This document shows positions 35,795 through 48,845 of a stretch of DNA of 64,000 nucleotides, piece by piece. Source of the stretch: Octopus vulgaris (Eukaryota); NCBI GenBank assembly GCA_951406725.2, contig OX597814.1, positions 109,120,001 through 109,184,000 on the forward strand, given 5' to 3'. How positions within the stretch are numbered: the stretch's first letter is position 1; each line of letters begins with the position of its first letter. The position numbers were made by a program, and so were the translations under genes. The notes under the pieces are model-generated. The model did not search any database. It was not told the origin of the DNA and worked only from the letters and a program-made list of their open reading frames with translations.

Positions 35795-38070
35795 GGCGTA
35801 GGAGTGGCTGTGTGGTAAGTAGCTTGCTTACCAACCACATGGTTCCGGGTTCAGTCCCACTGCGTGGCACCTTGGGCAAGTGTCTTCTACTATAGCCTCG
35901 GGCCGACCAAAGCCTTGTGAGTGGATTTGGTAAGACGGAAACTGAAAGAAGCCAGTCGTGTATGTATATACATATATATATATATACATGTGTGTATATG
36001 TTTCTGTATCTGTGTTTGTCCCCACAACATCGCTTGACAACCGATGCTGGTGTATTTACGTCCCCGTAACTTAGCGGTTTGGCAAAAGGGCCCAATAGAA
36101 TAAGTACTAAACTTACAGAGAATAAATAATAAATAATAATAATAATAATGAAATTATTGTATACAGTACTCAGGTGCACCACAACTTGTCAAAAAGTGCA
36201 TATAAAGTATATGCAGTAATGTACAAATGTCTGGAAAATAAACAGCGTATGAGTCAGATACATGCTTGCATGTGTATGGAGGGGAGAAAATCAGGTGTAG
36301 TGTTGGCGAATCTCAGGAAGCATGGAAGTTTTGAAGGATGCAGTGCTCCAACAACTAACAACTGATGCCAGCAGTCTGTTCCATGCTTCAGCAACTCTTA
36401 GCGTGAAAAAATGTTTCCGAAAGTCATGGGAGCTGTGCTGTTTTCTGACTTTGTAAATATGTCCACGGGTATTAGACAGGTGGAGTTTGAAAAGGTGCTC
36501 AGAGTTATTGTTTGTAAGATGGTTAACAATTTTATGGGTGTCTGCTGCCAGACGTCGGAGTTTCAATGTATCCATGCCCAGGGAAGTAAGGCGTTCAGAA
36601 TATGGCAAATGCCTGATGGAGGGTATTCTCTTGGTTGCACGTCGCTGAACGGCTTCAAGACGATTAATATCCTGGGCAAGATAGGGGTTCCAGACCGGTG
36701 ATGCAAATTCCAGGTAAGGTCTTATCATAGCTATATAAAGCCACAGATAGATAGCTGGAGAGCGGCTCACAAAGGACTTGGTGAGTGATGCCAAGACATC
36801 AGCCTTCTTGGCAATTTTAGCAATGTGTTTTGTCCAACGCAAATTGCTGTCGACAATAACACCCAGGTCATGTTCACACAAAGACTTTTTGAGAATAGTG
36901 TTGTGGAGGGAGTAAGCAGACACTGGGTTTTTCCTCCCAAAATGTATGGTGGTACATTTGTCCACAGCCAGCTTGAGTTGCCAGTCCATGATCCACTGCT
37001 GCATTGTGTCCAGGTCTGATTGCAATAGAGATCAATAGTGTACAGGATCTGACCTCTTTATTTCGAGGTACAGCTTGATGTCATCTGCATATTTCAGCAC
37101 TGTAGCATTCTTTAAGTTGGCATCTATGTCATTAACATATGCAACAAATAAAAGGGGGCCAAGAACAGATTCCTGTGGTACATCAGATGTCATCTCATAG
37201 GGTGAAGAGTGCTGTCCTAGAACTGTGACAACCTATTTTAAGCCGAAAATAAAGGACTTCAACCAGTTATAGAGATCGTCTCTTACGCCCAATGCAGAGA
37301 GTTTCCCCATAAGTCTTTTGTGTGGCACAGAGTTAAAAGCCTTAGCAAAGTCCAGGTAAACAACATCCACCCATGATCCGCAATCAGTGATTTGGGTAAT
37401 GTCCTCAAGAAACTCGATGAGTTGATTACAGCAGCTGGAGTAAGGAATAAAATTGTGACGGTTGGATGAGGCTGTGAGACTTCCAGAAGTTCCAGAGGGT
37501 TTCCCTGACACAGGATTCCATCAGCTTGGCGATGCAGCTAGTAAGACTAATGGGGCTATAGTTGACAGGCAATGTGCGGTCACCTTTTTTTGAACAGAGG
37601 GATAACACTGGCAGTTTTCCACTGCTCTGGAGTAACACCATTGTCAAGACAGAATTGGAAGAATAGAGAAAGTTGACTTAGAAGAAAGTACCCACCGCAT
37701 TTGAGAAGTAAGTATGTAACACCATCGAGACCAGGAGAGGCATAGTTGTGTTTATTCTTAAGGTGACGTTGTAGCATTGCTGGTGTAAATTTCATAGTAG
37801 ATATAGAGTCCGGTATCAGAGGTGATGAAGATGGAACATTTTGGTCTTCAACAGTAAAGATGCTTGCATAGCATCCAGTAATGATTTCTGTACAATCTTT
37901 GGGATTGCCAGTAATCTGCCCAGTGTGGGGATTGCGAAGGGGACCAACTGGAGAGTACTAGGCTTACAAAGAATAAGCCCTGGGGGCGATTTGCTTGACT
38001 AAAAGGTGGTGCTCCAGCATGGCCACAGTCAAATGACTGAAACAAGTAAAAGAGTAAAAGAGTAAAGAGT
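35795..38070 (+). mobile_element. tRNA-derived SINE (family A, head ggcgtaggagtggctgtgtggtaag) split by a CR1 LINE
   Basis: B-box gggttcagtccc; SINE resumes at about 37955. Other copies at 7888-8255, 51672-52060 (-), 52155-52480 (-), 60612-60970. Confidence 0.8.
36126..37954 (-). mobile_element. 5'-truncated CR1/L2-group LINE
   Basis: PISLTSCIAKLMES, YLDFAKAF, VPQESVLGPLLF, KYADD, LEAVQRRATK; (ATT)n tail near 36121-36150. Confidence 0.88.
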
Positions 38071-38475
38071 ATATGGCAATGCTAACCATGTAATTAAGGT
38101 TTTGGTTCTGTCCCATTGTGTGACACCTTGGGCAATGACCTCCATCATAACCCTGGGCCAACCAAAGTTGTGTGAATGGATTTGTTAGATTAGATGGAAA
38201 CTGAGAGAAGCCCATCACTTATATTTGTATGCATATGTTTTTGTTGTTTGTGCCCCCCCCCCCTCCCCATCACCACTTGAGAACTGGCATCGGTGTGTTC
38301 ATGTCCCCATAACTTAACACTTCAACAAAAGAAACCAACAGAATAGATATGAGGCTTATTCTGAAAGCACTTGTGGGCAATTTGGTTTGACTGAACCCTC
38401 CAGCATGGTGCCCCTCCCCCAACATGGCCGCAGTCCAATGACAGAAACAAGTCAAAGACAAAAACCTTTACAAAC

Positions 38476-38570
38476 CTGCTGAGCCGTATCACCACCTCTG
38501 TTGCTGGTCATGTTCGCACCTATGAGTCCTTTGTTCATATTGCTGGCCTTTCTGGGATAAGCACCACCAG
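38476..38570 (-). CDS. HYDIN: HYDIN exon (GGAYPRKASNMNKGLIGANMTSNRGGDTAQQ)
   Basis: Pyrimidine-tract AG and CAG|GT; supplies the phase 1 to phase 0 link needed between the flanking exons. Confidence 0.75.
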
Positions 38571-41500
38571 CTACAAAGAGGAGAAGTAAAAGGAAATAAA
38601 ATCATGATTAACCCTTTTATTACCATGTTTCAATTAATTTAGAAACTCATAACGAATTTAGTAAAATAACTCAGTTATTACCAAGTTGGAATTTGGAACA
38701 GATTAACATGAAATTTTGATGGACAATTTCAATTTAGATCTCTTTAGCCTTTTTATTACCATATTTCCGATCGAGGCCGTTCGCCAGCCTCATCTGGCAC
38801 CTGTGTCGGTGGCACATAAAAACACCATCCGAAGACCCGGCAAGACTAGTCAGGCCATAACCCATGGCCCCTACCTGGGACGTAGTCAGTCCACCTGTGC
38901 ATACCTTCCTTCTTGTGACACTTGTGAAGACCTGTTGAAGCAAGTGAAAATCAAATCAAAACAAATCAAAATAGATGAACATCAATGGAATTTGTATCTT
39001 TGTGGTACCAGTGCCGGTGGCACGTGGCACACAAGAAAACCATCCGAACGTGGCCGTAGCCAGTACCGCATCGACTGGCCTCCGTGCTGTGGGCACGTAA
39101 CAAACACCATCCGATCGTGGCCGTTTGCCAGCCTCATCTGGCACCTGTGTCGGTGGCACATAAAAACACCATCCGAGCGTGGCCGTCTGCCAGCCTCGTC
39201 TGGCACCTGTGTCGGTGGCACATAAAAAACACCATCCGAGCGTGGCCGTTTGCCAGCCTCGTCTGGCACCTGTGTCGGTGGCACATAAAATCACCCACTA
39301 CACTCTCGGAGTGGTTGGCGTTAGGAAGGGCATCCAGCTGTAGAAACACTGCCAGATCTGACTGGACTGGTGCAGCTTTCGGGCTCCCCAGACCCCAGTT
39401 GAACCGTCCAACCCATGCTAGCATGGAAAGCGGACGTTAAATGATGATGATGATTTCTGTTGAAATGATCTACCTTTGTTTCAGTTAATCTTGGAAATTA
39501 ACAAGAATTCAGTAAAATAACTTATTGCATACATACAGCTATACAACTATGCTTCATGGCAGTGAAACATGGGCCATGACTACAGAGGATGTGAGAAAGC
39601 TTGAAGGAAATGAAGCCAGCATGCTCTGTTGGATGGGTAACGTCAGTGTGCACATATGACAGAGTGTCAATGGTTTAAGAGATATTACATGTTGTGTGCA
39701 AGAGAGAAGACTGCACTGGTGTGGTCATATGATGCGCATGGCTGAGGACAGCTGCATAAAAGTGCTGATCTCTAATTGTGGAGGGAACGTGTGGAAGAAG
39801 TAGACCCAGGAAGACATGGGATGAGGTGGTGAGAATGGATCTCCAGACACTGGGCCTCACTGAGGAGATTAGAGACCAAGGCTTACGGCGATTTGCTGTA
39901 CTTCAGAAGACATACATTGAGCTAAGTAAAACTATGACCTTTATAGAAACAGGGAAGTCCTTAATAGCCCAAGCTGGTGCAATGTAAAAACCATGTGTGC
40001 TAGCACCACATACAATAGCACTTGTTCTAGCACCACCACATCATCATCATCATTGTTTAACGTTCGCTTTCCATGCTGACATGGGTTAGACAGTTCGACT
40101 GGGGTCTGGGAAGCCAAGAGGCTGCACCAAGCCCCAATCTGATCTGGCAGTGTTTCTACAGCTGGATGCCCGTCTTAATGCCAACCACTCTGAGAGTATA
40201 GTGGGTGCTTTTTACATGCCACCGGCACAAGTGCCAGAGGAGCTGGCATTGACCACAATTGGATGGAGCTTTTTACGTGCCACTCGCACGGAAGCCGGTC
40301 AAAGTGGCACTGGCATCGGCTATGTTCAGTTGGTGCTTTTTACATGCCAATGGCGCAGGGCACAACTACAATTTCCATTTGATTTGATTTTGATATTGCT
40401 GATGTTGATGTACTTGACTCAATAGGTCTCTTCAAGCACAGCATGTTGCCCTACAATCCAAGGTACTTTTGAGTGGGCTGGTTATGCGACATTGGTGTAG
40501 GTTACAGCTAGCAATTATGCTGGTGCCATGTAGAAAGCACCCAGCACACTCTGTATAGCGGTTAGCATTAGCATGAGCATCCAGCTGTAGCAACCATGCC
40601 GAAACAAACAAATGGAGCTGGGAGTTGCTTTTCAGCTTGCCAGCTCCCTGTCAAACCATCCAACCCATGCCAGCATGGAAAACAGACATTGAATGATGTC
40701 TTGAACATTAACCCTTTCGTTACCAACCTGCTTGAAACCAGCTCTAGCTCTGTAGTACAAATGTCTTGTTTTCATAAGTTCTGAATTAAAATCTTCCACC
40801 AAACCTTAGTCACAATTTATGCTCCTAACACTAGCTTAATGAAAATTAAGTTATTTTACTAAATTCTTTGTTATATTCAAAATTAATTGAAAGAAACCCA
40901 GAGTATCTCAACAGAAATGTGGTAACAAAAGGATCAAAATATATAATAGAGAAACAATTCTTAACTCTTTCAATACCAACCTGGCTGAAATCACCAATGG
41001 CTCTGTAGTACAAATGTCTTGTTTTCAAAACTTTTCAATTAAAACCTTCTACCAAACCTTAGTCACAATTTATGCTCCTAACACTAGCTTAATGATAACT
41101 AAGTTATTTTACTAAATTCTTTGTTATATTTAAAATTAATTGAAAGAAACACCAAGAATCCCAAAATAAATACAGTAACAAAAGGGTTAACTAACATGCA
41201 ATCTTTTGTGGAAGGTTTTAATTTAGATCATTTTAGAAGATGACATCTATACAAACAGAACCAGGGACAGCCTTGGGTGAGAAATTATCATAAGAGTTGT
41301 AGAATTATGGTTGTTGTTTTATTTTTTACACAATTTTATACTTAACAAAACTTTCAACAATTCACAAAATAGAAAAATAAGTCATTAAAAGACTGAAAAT
41401 ATATTTTGAAATTTAAAATCTTTGAATAATGGAAAGAAAGTAAAAAATTATTTTACTGTCATTTAACAAAATCATTCTCAATCCACACCATCACCCTTAA

Positions 41501-42197
41501 CATCACCCTCTCTCCCTTTCTCTAACTCCTAATATTACACTTTCCCTTCTACTTCTCCCCTTCTGCTCCTCCCTCCTTATCTGATACTCTCCCTACAACC
41601 ACCCTCTCCCAATAATAACCCTATTCTTCCCACCATAGTGTTTAGCTTTCATTTGTCTGAGTCGGTAGATTGTGGTCATGCTGGGGCACCACCTCGAAGA
41701 ATTTTAGTCAAACAAATTGACCACAGCACTTGTGTTTCAAAGTCTAGTATCAGTCTCTTTTGCTGAACCACTAAGTTACGAGGTTATAAACATACCAACA
41801 CTGGTTGTCAAGCAGTGACAAGGAACACACACACAGAACAGGCTTCATTCAGTTTCCATTTACCAAATCCTCTCCCAAAGCTTTGGTCAGTCCTAGGCTA
41901 TAGTAGAAGACACTTGCCCAAGCAACTAAAACTGAAACCCTTCAAAGTTTTGGCCCAGTGACCCAGTGGTCTAGTAACCCAGTTCGCAGTGCAATGACTA
42001 AAACAACAACAGAAATTAAAAGAAAAAAAAGCAAAATGTGAAACTGCATCAAATCTTTTATCCACCCTGCAACCCCAACCCCCACCTTAACATCTCAAGT
42101 GATCAGAGTTTTGCCATTCATTCCACGACATATCTAAGACATTGCCATGTTAAGAGGAGGGGTAGTGAAGGGGTGGATATTTTACTATTTTACTTAC

Positions 42198-42416
42198 TCG
42201 TGGTAGTATTGGTTTCTGTTCCAGGTTTTTTCTCCTCGCTCTCTTCTTGTGTTCTTTGCTCTTCTCTCCAGCGCTGGGCAGCATCGGCACAGAGTTCCCG
42301 TGCTTTTAAGCTTGCTGGTGTTGCACCCTTTGCAATTGCATCTATGACAACGTCATCAATATTCAGTAATGCTGCATCGTAGTAATGTGCAATGTCAGTA
42401 GCCGTTGTGGATTTTC
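42198..42416 (-). CDS. HYDIN: HYDIN exon (GKSTTATDIAHYYDAALLNIDDVVIDAIAKG...KARELC), adenylate-kinase-like domain
   Basis: Resembles HYDIN GKSANAVSVAKYYNAACLSID...ARELC; GTAAGT donor. Confidence 0.93.
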
Positions 42417-45060
42417 CTACAGAAAAAGAAGACACCACAAAGAAATGACAAAGAAAGTTGTTATATTATGGGAGTATAATTATACCAATAACCCCCCCAC
42501 ACACACACACTGGTTCTGTTTTCATCATCATCATCGTTTAACGTTTGTTTTCCATGCTAGCATGGGTTGGACAGTTCGACCGGGATCTGGGAAACCAGGA
42601 GGCTGCACCAGGCGCCAGTCTGATCTGGCAGTGTTTCTACAGCTGGATGCCCTTTCTAACGCCAACCACTCTGTGAGTGTAGTGGGTGCTTTTTACGTGC
42701 CACCGGCACAGGTGCCAGGCGGGGCTGGCAATGACCACGATCAGTTGGTGCTTTTCATGTGCCACCGGCACGGAGGCCAGTCGAGGTGGCACTAGCAACA
42801 GCCACGTTTGGATGGTTCTTTTACATGCCACCGGCACTGCTATCACAACTACAATTTCCATTGATTTTTGATCGATCATTAATCAACTGATTAATCATTT
42901 AACCAATTAACAAATCAGTTGCTTGATTAATTGTTTGGTCAATCAATCAGCTAGATTCATTGGAGTCCCTTCGTCACCATTTGCAATCTCATCAATGACC
43001 TGCCCTCTCTAATCTGGGTCTGTTTGTCTCCTAGTTTACAGATTCCATCATCATCATCATCAAAATTCAGTGTCCGTTCTTTTCCATGCTTACATGGTTG
43101 GCTGCTTTGACATGAGCTGGTAAGGCCCAGAGTCACACCAGGCCCTGCTGTTTGTTTTGGAATGGTTTCTATGGTTGGATGCCTTTCCTAATGCCAACCA
43201 CTTTTACAGATTGTGCTGGGTGCTTTTTACAAGGCAGTAGCACAGGTGTTTTATACATGGCGCCAGCATGGGGGCGTTTGACATGGTACCAGCACCCACA
43301 GCTGAGGGAGGGAGTGGAACTGTGAGATTAGAGTATGACAGAGGTACAGAGATAGCCCTTTCACTATTGTGAAGATATGTAACATATCGTATAATTATAA
43401 AAGGGTGAAATTTAGCCATTTCTCTGCAGACTGAAAAAATGATGAACAACCTTAATTTTCAAACCTTATTGTGTTCTCATCAGAGGTGTCTACATCATTT
43501 TGACAGTCTCCAGAGAAACAAGCAGCCAAACTGTTTATATACTCGACAAATGCAGCAGTTATTCTATGAAGAAGTCCCTAATTTGCATACCGAAAGTGTT
43601 TAACACTATAAATACCAGCGGCCTGTCAATGGGGATCTTAGTCCACACAGTATCAAGGTATGATCAAACTCGGTGACTGGCATCCGTTGCTAGTGGAGCG
43701 TTAAGAGTACCATACGAGTGAGATCATTGCCAGAGCAACAAGCTGGCCTTCGTGCCGATGGCACGTTAAACACACCATTCAAGTGTGATTGTTACCACGT
43801 CACCTTACTAGCACTTGTGCTGGTAGCATGTGAAACATTCGAGCGAGGTCGTCGCCAGTGCCACTGGACTGGCTCCCGTGCAGGTGGCACATAAAAAGCA
43901 CCATTTGGGTGTGGTCGTTGCCAGTACCACCCAACTGGCCTTTGTGCCGGTGGCACATAAAAGCACCCACTACAATCTCGGAGTGGTTGGCATTAGGAAG
44001 GGCATCTAGCTGTAGAAACTCTGCCAGATCAAGATTGGAGTCTGGTTCGCCAGACCTCAGTCAAATCGTCCAACCCATGCTAACATGGAAAGTGGACATT
44101 AAATGATGATGATGTAACATATGGTATAATTATAACCAGGGCAAATTTTAGCCATTTCTCCATACCTTGGTAAGGCATGGAAGGAGAGGAAGGTGAGAGA
44201 AAGTTAGAGACAGAGAGACACATATATATTTATGGGTGCACTGAGAATGTCAGAGAGAGACAGACAGACAGACAGAGACACAAGGAGAGAGAGAGAACAA
44301 TATTGTATGTCATACAAACAGTCCTGGAATAGAGAGGGCATGTCATTGAGGGAGGGAAAAAAGGAGAAGAATCAGAATGTATATTTAGAAGAGGAGGAGA
44401 AAAACTTGTTGAGAGGGAAATACACTGAGAGAGAAAGAGAGAAAGAAAGATAGATAGATAGTGTTATTCACCATAAGTTTTCATTAAAAACATGGTAGTT
44501 TTAAGTGCAAGTCTGTCAACACAACACAGAGCAGACTTTAAAAAATAGCTATGTATGTATGTATATATATATATATATATATATAATACATATAATACAA
44601 ATGACAACAAACCTGGCTGATTGATTGATTGAATAAATGTATGATTAAACAATCAATGAGTTGATTGGTTAAATGATTAACATCTAATTAAGAAGCCCAA
44701 ATAAATAACCATTATTATCATTTCCATTATTATTATTATTATTACTAGTCAGTATCTATTGCTATGCTGCCGGGTAATCAGCCAGTCAAGATGAAATGGA
44801 TCCTTCAGCGGAAGCCAACTGCAAGAATAGGTTCAACAACAAACCTGTTTTTTTTTTAAACATATTTTAATTCTATCTTACACACACACACTATTTCTCT
44901 CAACAAGAACAACAACAACATGACATCATAGAGAAATTTCTTTTTTCAAAGTCTGTGTTGCATTGTCTATATGTTGAAAGATGTACAGAAACTCACACAC
45001 ACACAGAAACATGCACACACACAAACAACCAAATAAATAACTATATGTATTATATATATG

Positions 45061-45095
<35 letters not shown>

Positions 45096-45100
<5 letters not shown>

Positions 45101-45322
45101 GTAAATGTAATATGTGACAATTATTCGGTAGCCATGATATAACTCTGAGCTTCGGATGCCGAGGTGGAAATCCACACCGCCATCACTTCAGTTATCCGGC
45201 CATCGGACCGAGTTTCGGAGGCTACCAAATAATTGTCACATATTACATTTACAGATACATTCCTCTATTTACATAATATTGAGGTCTCTTTCTTTCTTTT
45301 GTTGTCTTACCGTTTTTATCAA
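45096..45322. mobile_element. Short fold-back PLE-terminus-like element in (TA)n, with a degenerate hammerhead-like motif on the minus strand
   Basis: Arms 45096-45133 / 45220-45257; minus strand CUGAAGU-GAUG...CAUC-C-GAAGC and an upstream CCGAAACUCGGUC. Confidence 0.55.
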
Positions 45323-46708
45323 TATATATATATATATATATACATAGCTATTTTTTAAAGTCTGCACTGTGTTGTGTTGACAGACTTGCACTTAAAACTA
45401 CCATGTTTTTAATGAAAACTTGTTAGTTACTATGGTGATAACACTATCTTTCTTTCTTTCTTTGTCTCTCTCTCTGTATTTCCCTCAACAAGTTTTTCTC
45501 CTCCCCTTCTAAGTATACATTCTGATTCTTCTCCTTTTTCCCTCCCTCTAATAGATGTTGTGACAGACAGGCAGATGGCGATCAGCTTCTCTTTTACAAT
45601 TTAAGATTATTAGACAAAATGCTTAGCAGTATTTTTTCCAGTTTTCCATTCAGAGTTCAATTTCCACCAAAGTTGACTTAGCTTTTCACCCTTTCAGCGT
45701 TGATGAAATACATAACAGTTCAGTACTGGGGTCAATGACTTTGACCACTCATGCATCCACTAAAAAATTTCAAGCCTTGTGACTACAACAGAAAAGATTA
45801 TAATTATTACTTTCAAGGTGGCAGGCTGGCAAAACTGGCACCATGCTGGTGAGCTGGCAGAATCATTAGCACAATAGGCAAAATGCTTAGTGACATTTTG
45901 TCCACCTCAACGTTCTGAGTTCAAATTCCACCAAGGTCAGCTCTGCCTTTTATTCCCTTCAGGGTCAATAAAATAAACACCAGTTATGCACTGGGATCAA
46001 TTTAATCAACTAGATCCCCCTCCCCCAAAGTTTCAGGCCTTGTGCCTATAGTAGAAAGGATTATTATCATTCTATATCTCTCTCTCATCCTGTACTCAAC
46101 CATCCCATTTATATTCTGATCTTTATCCCTTGTGAGAACGCCTGACATTTTGTCACCATCTCCATCCTGCTTTCTCCAAACTCTCTCTCTCCTTCTCCTA
46201 CTCTTCCCTTAGGTTGGGTAACCATGTATTACCTTTGTGACAGCACACCTGTTCTTGTCCTCATTCCTGATCTCTCTCTCTCTCTCTCTCTCTGACCAGG
46301 TAACCTTTTACCTCCTCTACAGCAAGACACCCGTTTCTGTCTCTGTCTCACTATAACCGATCACCTCCTCCAATGCCCCCTCCATTCACAAAAGATTTTT
46401 TTGTCTTACAAGGTACTTGGTGACCCTGACAAGGCAGGTGCCACTTAAAAAGCATCAAATCCACACTGTAAAATGGTTGGCATTTGGAAGGGCCTCCAGC
46501 TGTAAAAACCTTGCCAAAACTGACCTCGCCTGTGCTTGTGCCACATAAAAGTCACTAAGTTCACCTTGCTGAGTTGTTGCTGTTAGGAAGGGCAACCAGC
46601 TGTAAAAATCCTGCCAAAACAGTTCCAGAAGTCTGGTGCAGGTTTCTGCCTGGCTGGTTCCTGTCAAAATGTCCCACCCATGCCAGCATGGAAGATAGAT
46701 GTTAAACG

Positions 46709-46741
<33 letters not shown>

Positions 46742-47608
46742 GTTGTTGCTGTTATATTATTTCATTTTTTTAACTTTTAATCTGCATGTTTGTTACAGTC
46801 ATTTGCCAAGATACACCCAGCATCCTGAGGTGAGTGAAGGATAAGAGATGTTACAATATGACTGAAAGTTTGAGAAGGGGAGATAGTGAAATATTTTCAT
46901 TTAATACAACACAGACATTTAAATGGATAAGGTGTTTCTAAGGATGTGGGAAGTACTTATCAGTACAATCTTTTGGATTTCTCTAAGACATGGTTCTCCT
47001 GGGATCTTATGTAGATGTTTCTCACATCCCTTTTTTATCATACCTGGGATAGCTACAATAACAGGAACAATTCTCGCTTAAAAATATCACATCTTTTATA
47101 TTTCAATTTCCAGATCCTTATATCTACTTAGTTTGTCAAATTCCTTTACAGATATATTTTTATCAGTGGGAAAATTTACATCCATTATTATTATTATTAT
47201 TATTATTATTTTACAAACTACATGTCAATTTGTACTAAACTGTATCAAGAATGAAAAAGAATACAATTTCAAGTAAAAGAATTTAAGGTGCCATGTAAAA
47301 AATGCTGGTGACACATTAAAAGCACCCAGTACACTCAGTAAAGTGGTTGACATTAGGAAGGGCATTCAATCATAGAAACCATGCCAAAGCAGATAATGCA
47401 GCTCCTGGCCTTGCCAGTTCTGGTCAGACTGTCAAACCCATGCCAGAATGGAAAGTGAACACTAAATGATGATGATGGTGAAGGCTGCATGATAAATTCT
47501 AAATAATTTTAAAACAAAAATTTTCTGTATTGTTTTTGCTTCTTGAGATATTTCAACCAAAGACTCAAACTGAAGAATAATTTTGGGGTTCCTAACTACA
47601 GAACTCAC

Positions 47609-47770
47609 CAGAAAATGGTGACCCATGTATGATGATGGCTATTCCCCTTCTGTTTCGTGCTGCTTGACCATCGGGAGACAGATCAATTCCAAGATAACGT
47701 GTAATGGCAGCAGCAACTGGTGTCATTTCAAGTTCCCCAACGCCAGAACTGTCAGCATCTCTCACTTTCG
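47609..47770 (-). CDS. HYDIN: HYDIN exon (KVRDADSSGVGELEMTPVAAAITRYLGIDLSPDGQAARNRRGIAIIIHGSPFS)
   Basis: Conserved HYDIN segment LGID.S..G.AA.NR.GIAIIIHG; TG|GTGAGT donor. Confidence 0.94.
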
Positions 47771-47933
47771 CTGAAAAATCAAACATAGAAGAGAGGTTTT
47801 AGGTTAAGGCTGAGGTTCAAAGCAACACTATTGTATTAAGAGGATAACAGCAGGATGGTCTTGGGCTACTTGTGCCCATTATCAGTTGTGAACATCTGGC
47901 AGGATGATGATGATGATAAAAAGTATAATGGAA

Positions 47934-48845
47934 TATTGGGTCATCCCATAAGTAATGTGGTTTTTCCAATTGCATGAACTAAAAATTGGAGGAGGATGGG
48001 ATAAACTACCTGCATCAACTTGCTATAAAAGCAGGTAGTAATTTTACCTTGTCCTTATTCTTAGTGCAGGTTTTGAAGAGTGCAGTTCAATTTTAACAGT
48101 TATTTTTTCAAAGCTATATTGGAAGTGACAAAGGAGCATATTTGGTATATTTTGCTTTGAGTTCAATAAAGGCAACAACACAATGGAAAGTGCGAGGAAT
48201 ATTAATGCAGTATATGGGGATCGGACAATAAGTGTAAGCTAGTGTCAATAGTGGTTCCAGAAATTCCAAGCCAGAAACTACAGCCTAGAAGACAAGCCTT
48301 GTTCTAGAAGATCTGTATGCTCAACAAGGAAGTCCTGCAAACCCTTGTGAAAAAAATCCCATTGTAACTGTTGAGGAACAAACACAGAAGCTTGGATTTG
48401 GTCATTCAACCAGTCATTAAAGTCAACACTACAAGAAAAACAACCATCTTTGGTTTGAAGATAAAATATGTTCTTCAATCAGGATAATGCTTGACCACAT
48501 ACAACAGGGATGGCATTCCAAAGGCTGGAGTAGTTTGAATGGGAAACAATGCCCCCCACACAATATTTGCTGGACATTGCCCCATCTGATTATCATTTAT
48601 TTTGCATTCTTTAAAACCATTTGGATGGAAAGAATATGAATTATGATGAGGTAAGAACAGTACTGGAGGAGTATCTTTCATCACGGACAAGTGAATTTTG
48701 GAAAAGGGGCCTTGCAAGTCTACCAGATAAATGGAAGAGCATTGTAGAAAATGAATGATATTTTAGATTAAAGAAGAACTTTATCTTAATTTTGAAAAAT
48801 AAAAGAAGTACAAAAAAACTGCATTATTTATCAGATGCCCCAATA
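47934..48845 (+). mobile_element. Decayed mariner element
   Basis: TA-flanked imperfect TIRs ttgggtcatcccataagtaatg / cattatttatcagatgccccaa; transposase remnants (FNQDNA, DIAPSDYHLF). Confidence 0.8.

Noticed and set aside
39107-39290. Repeat-spacer pattern superficially like a CRISPR array
   Set aside because: Eukaryotic intron, no cas genes, near-identical spacers here, and the units are part of a retroposon 3' region.
44755-44845. GC-richer island after a pyrimidine tract that resembles an exon
   Set aside because: Stops in the frames I checked, and the flanking exons already join directly as the P-loop G|KST.
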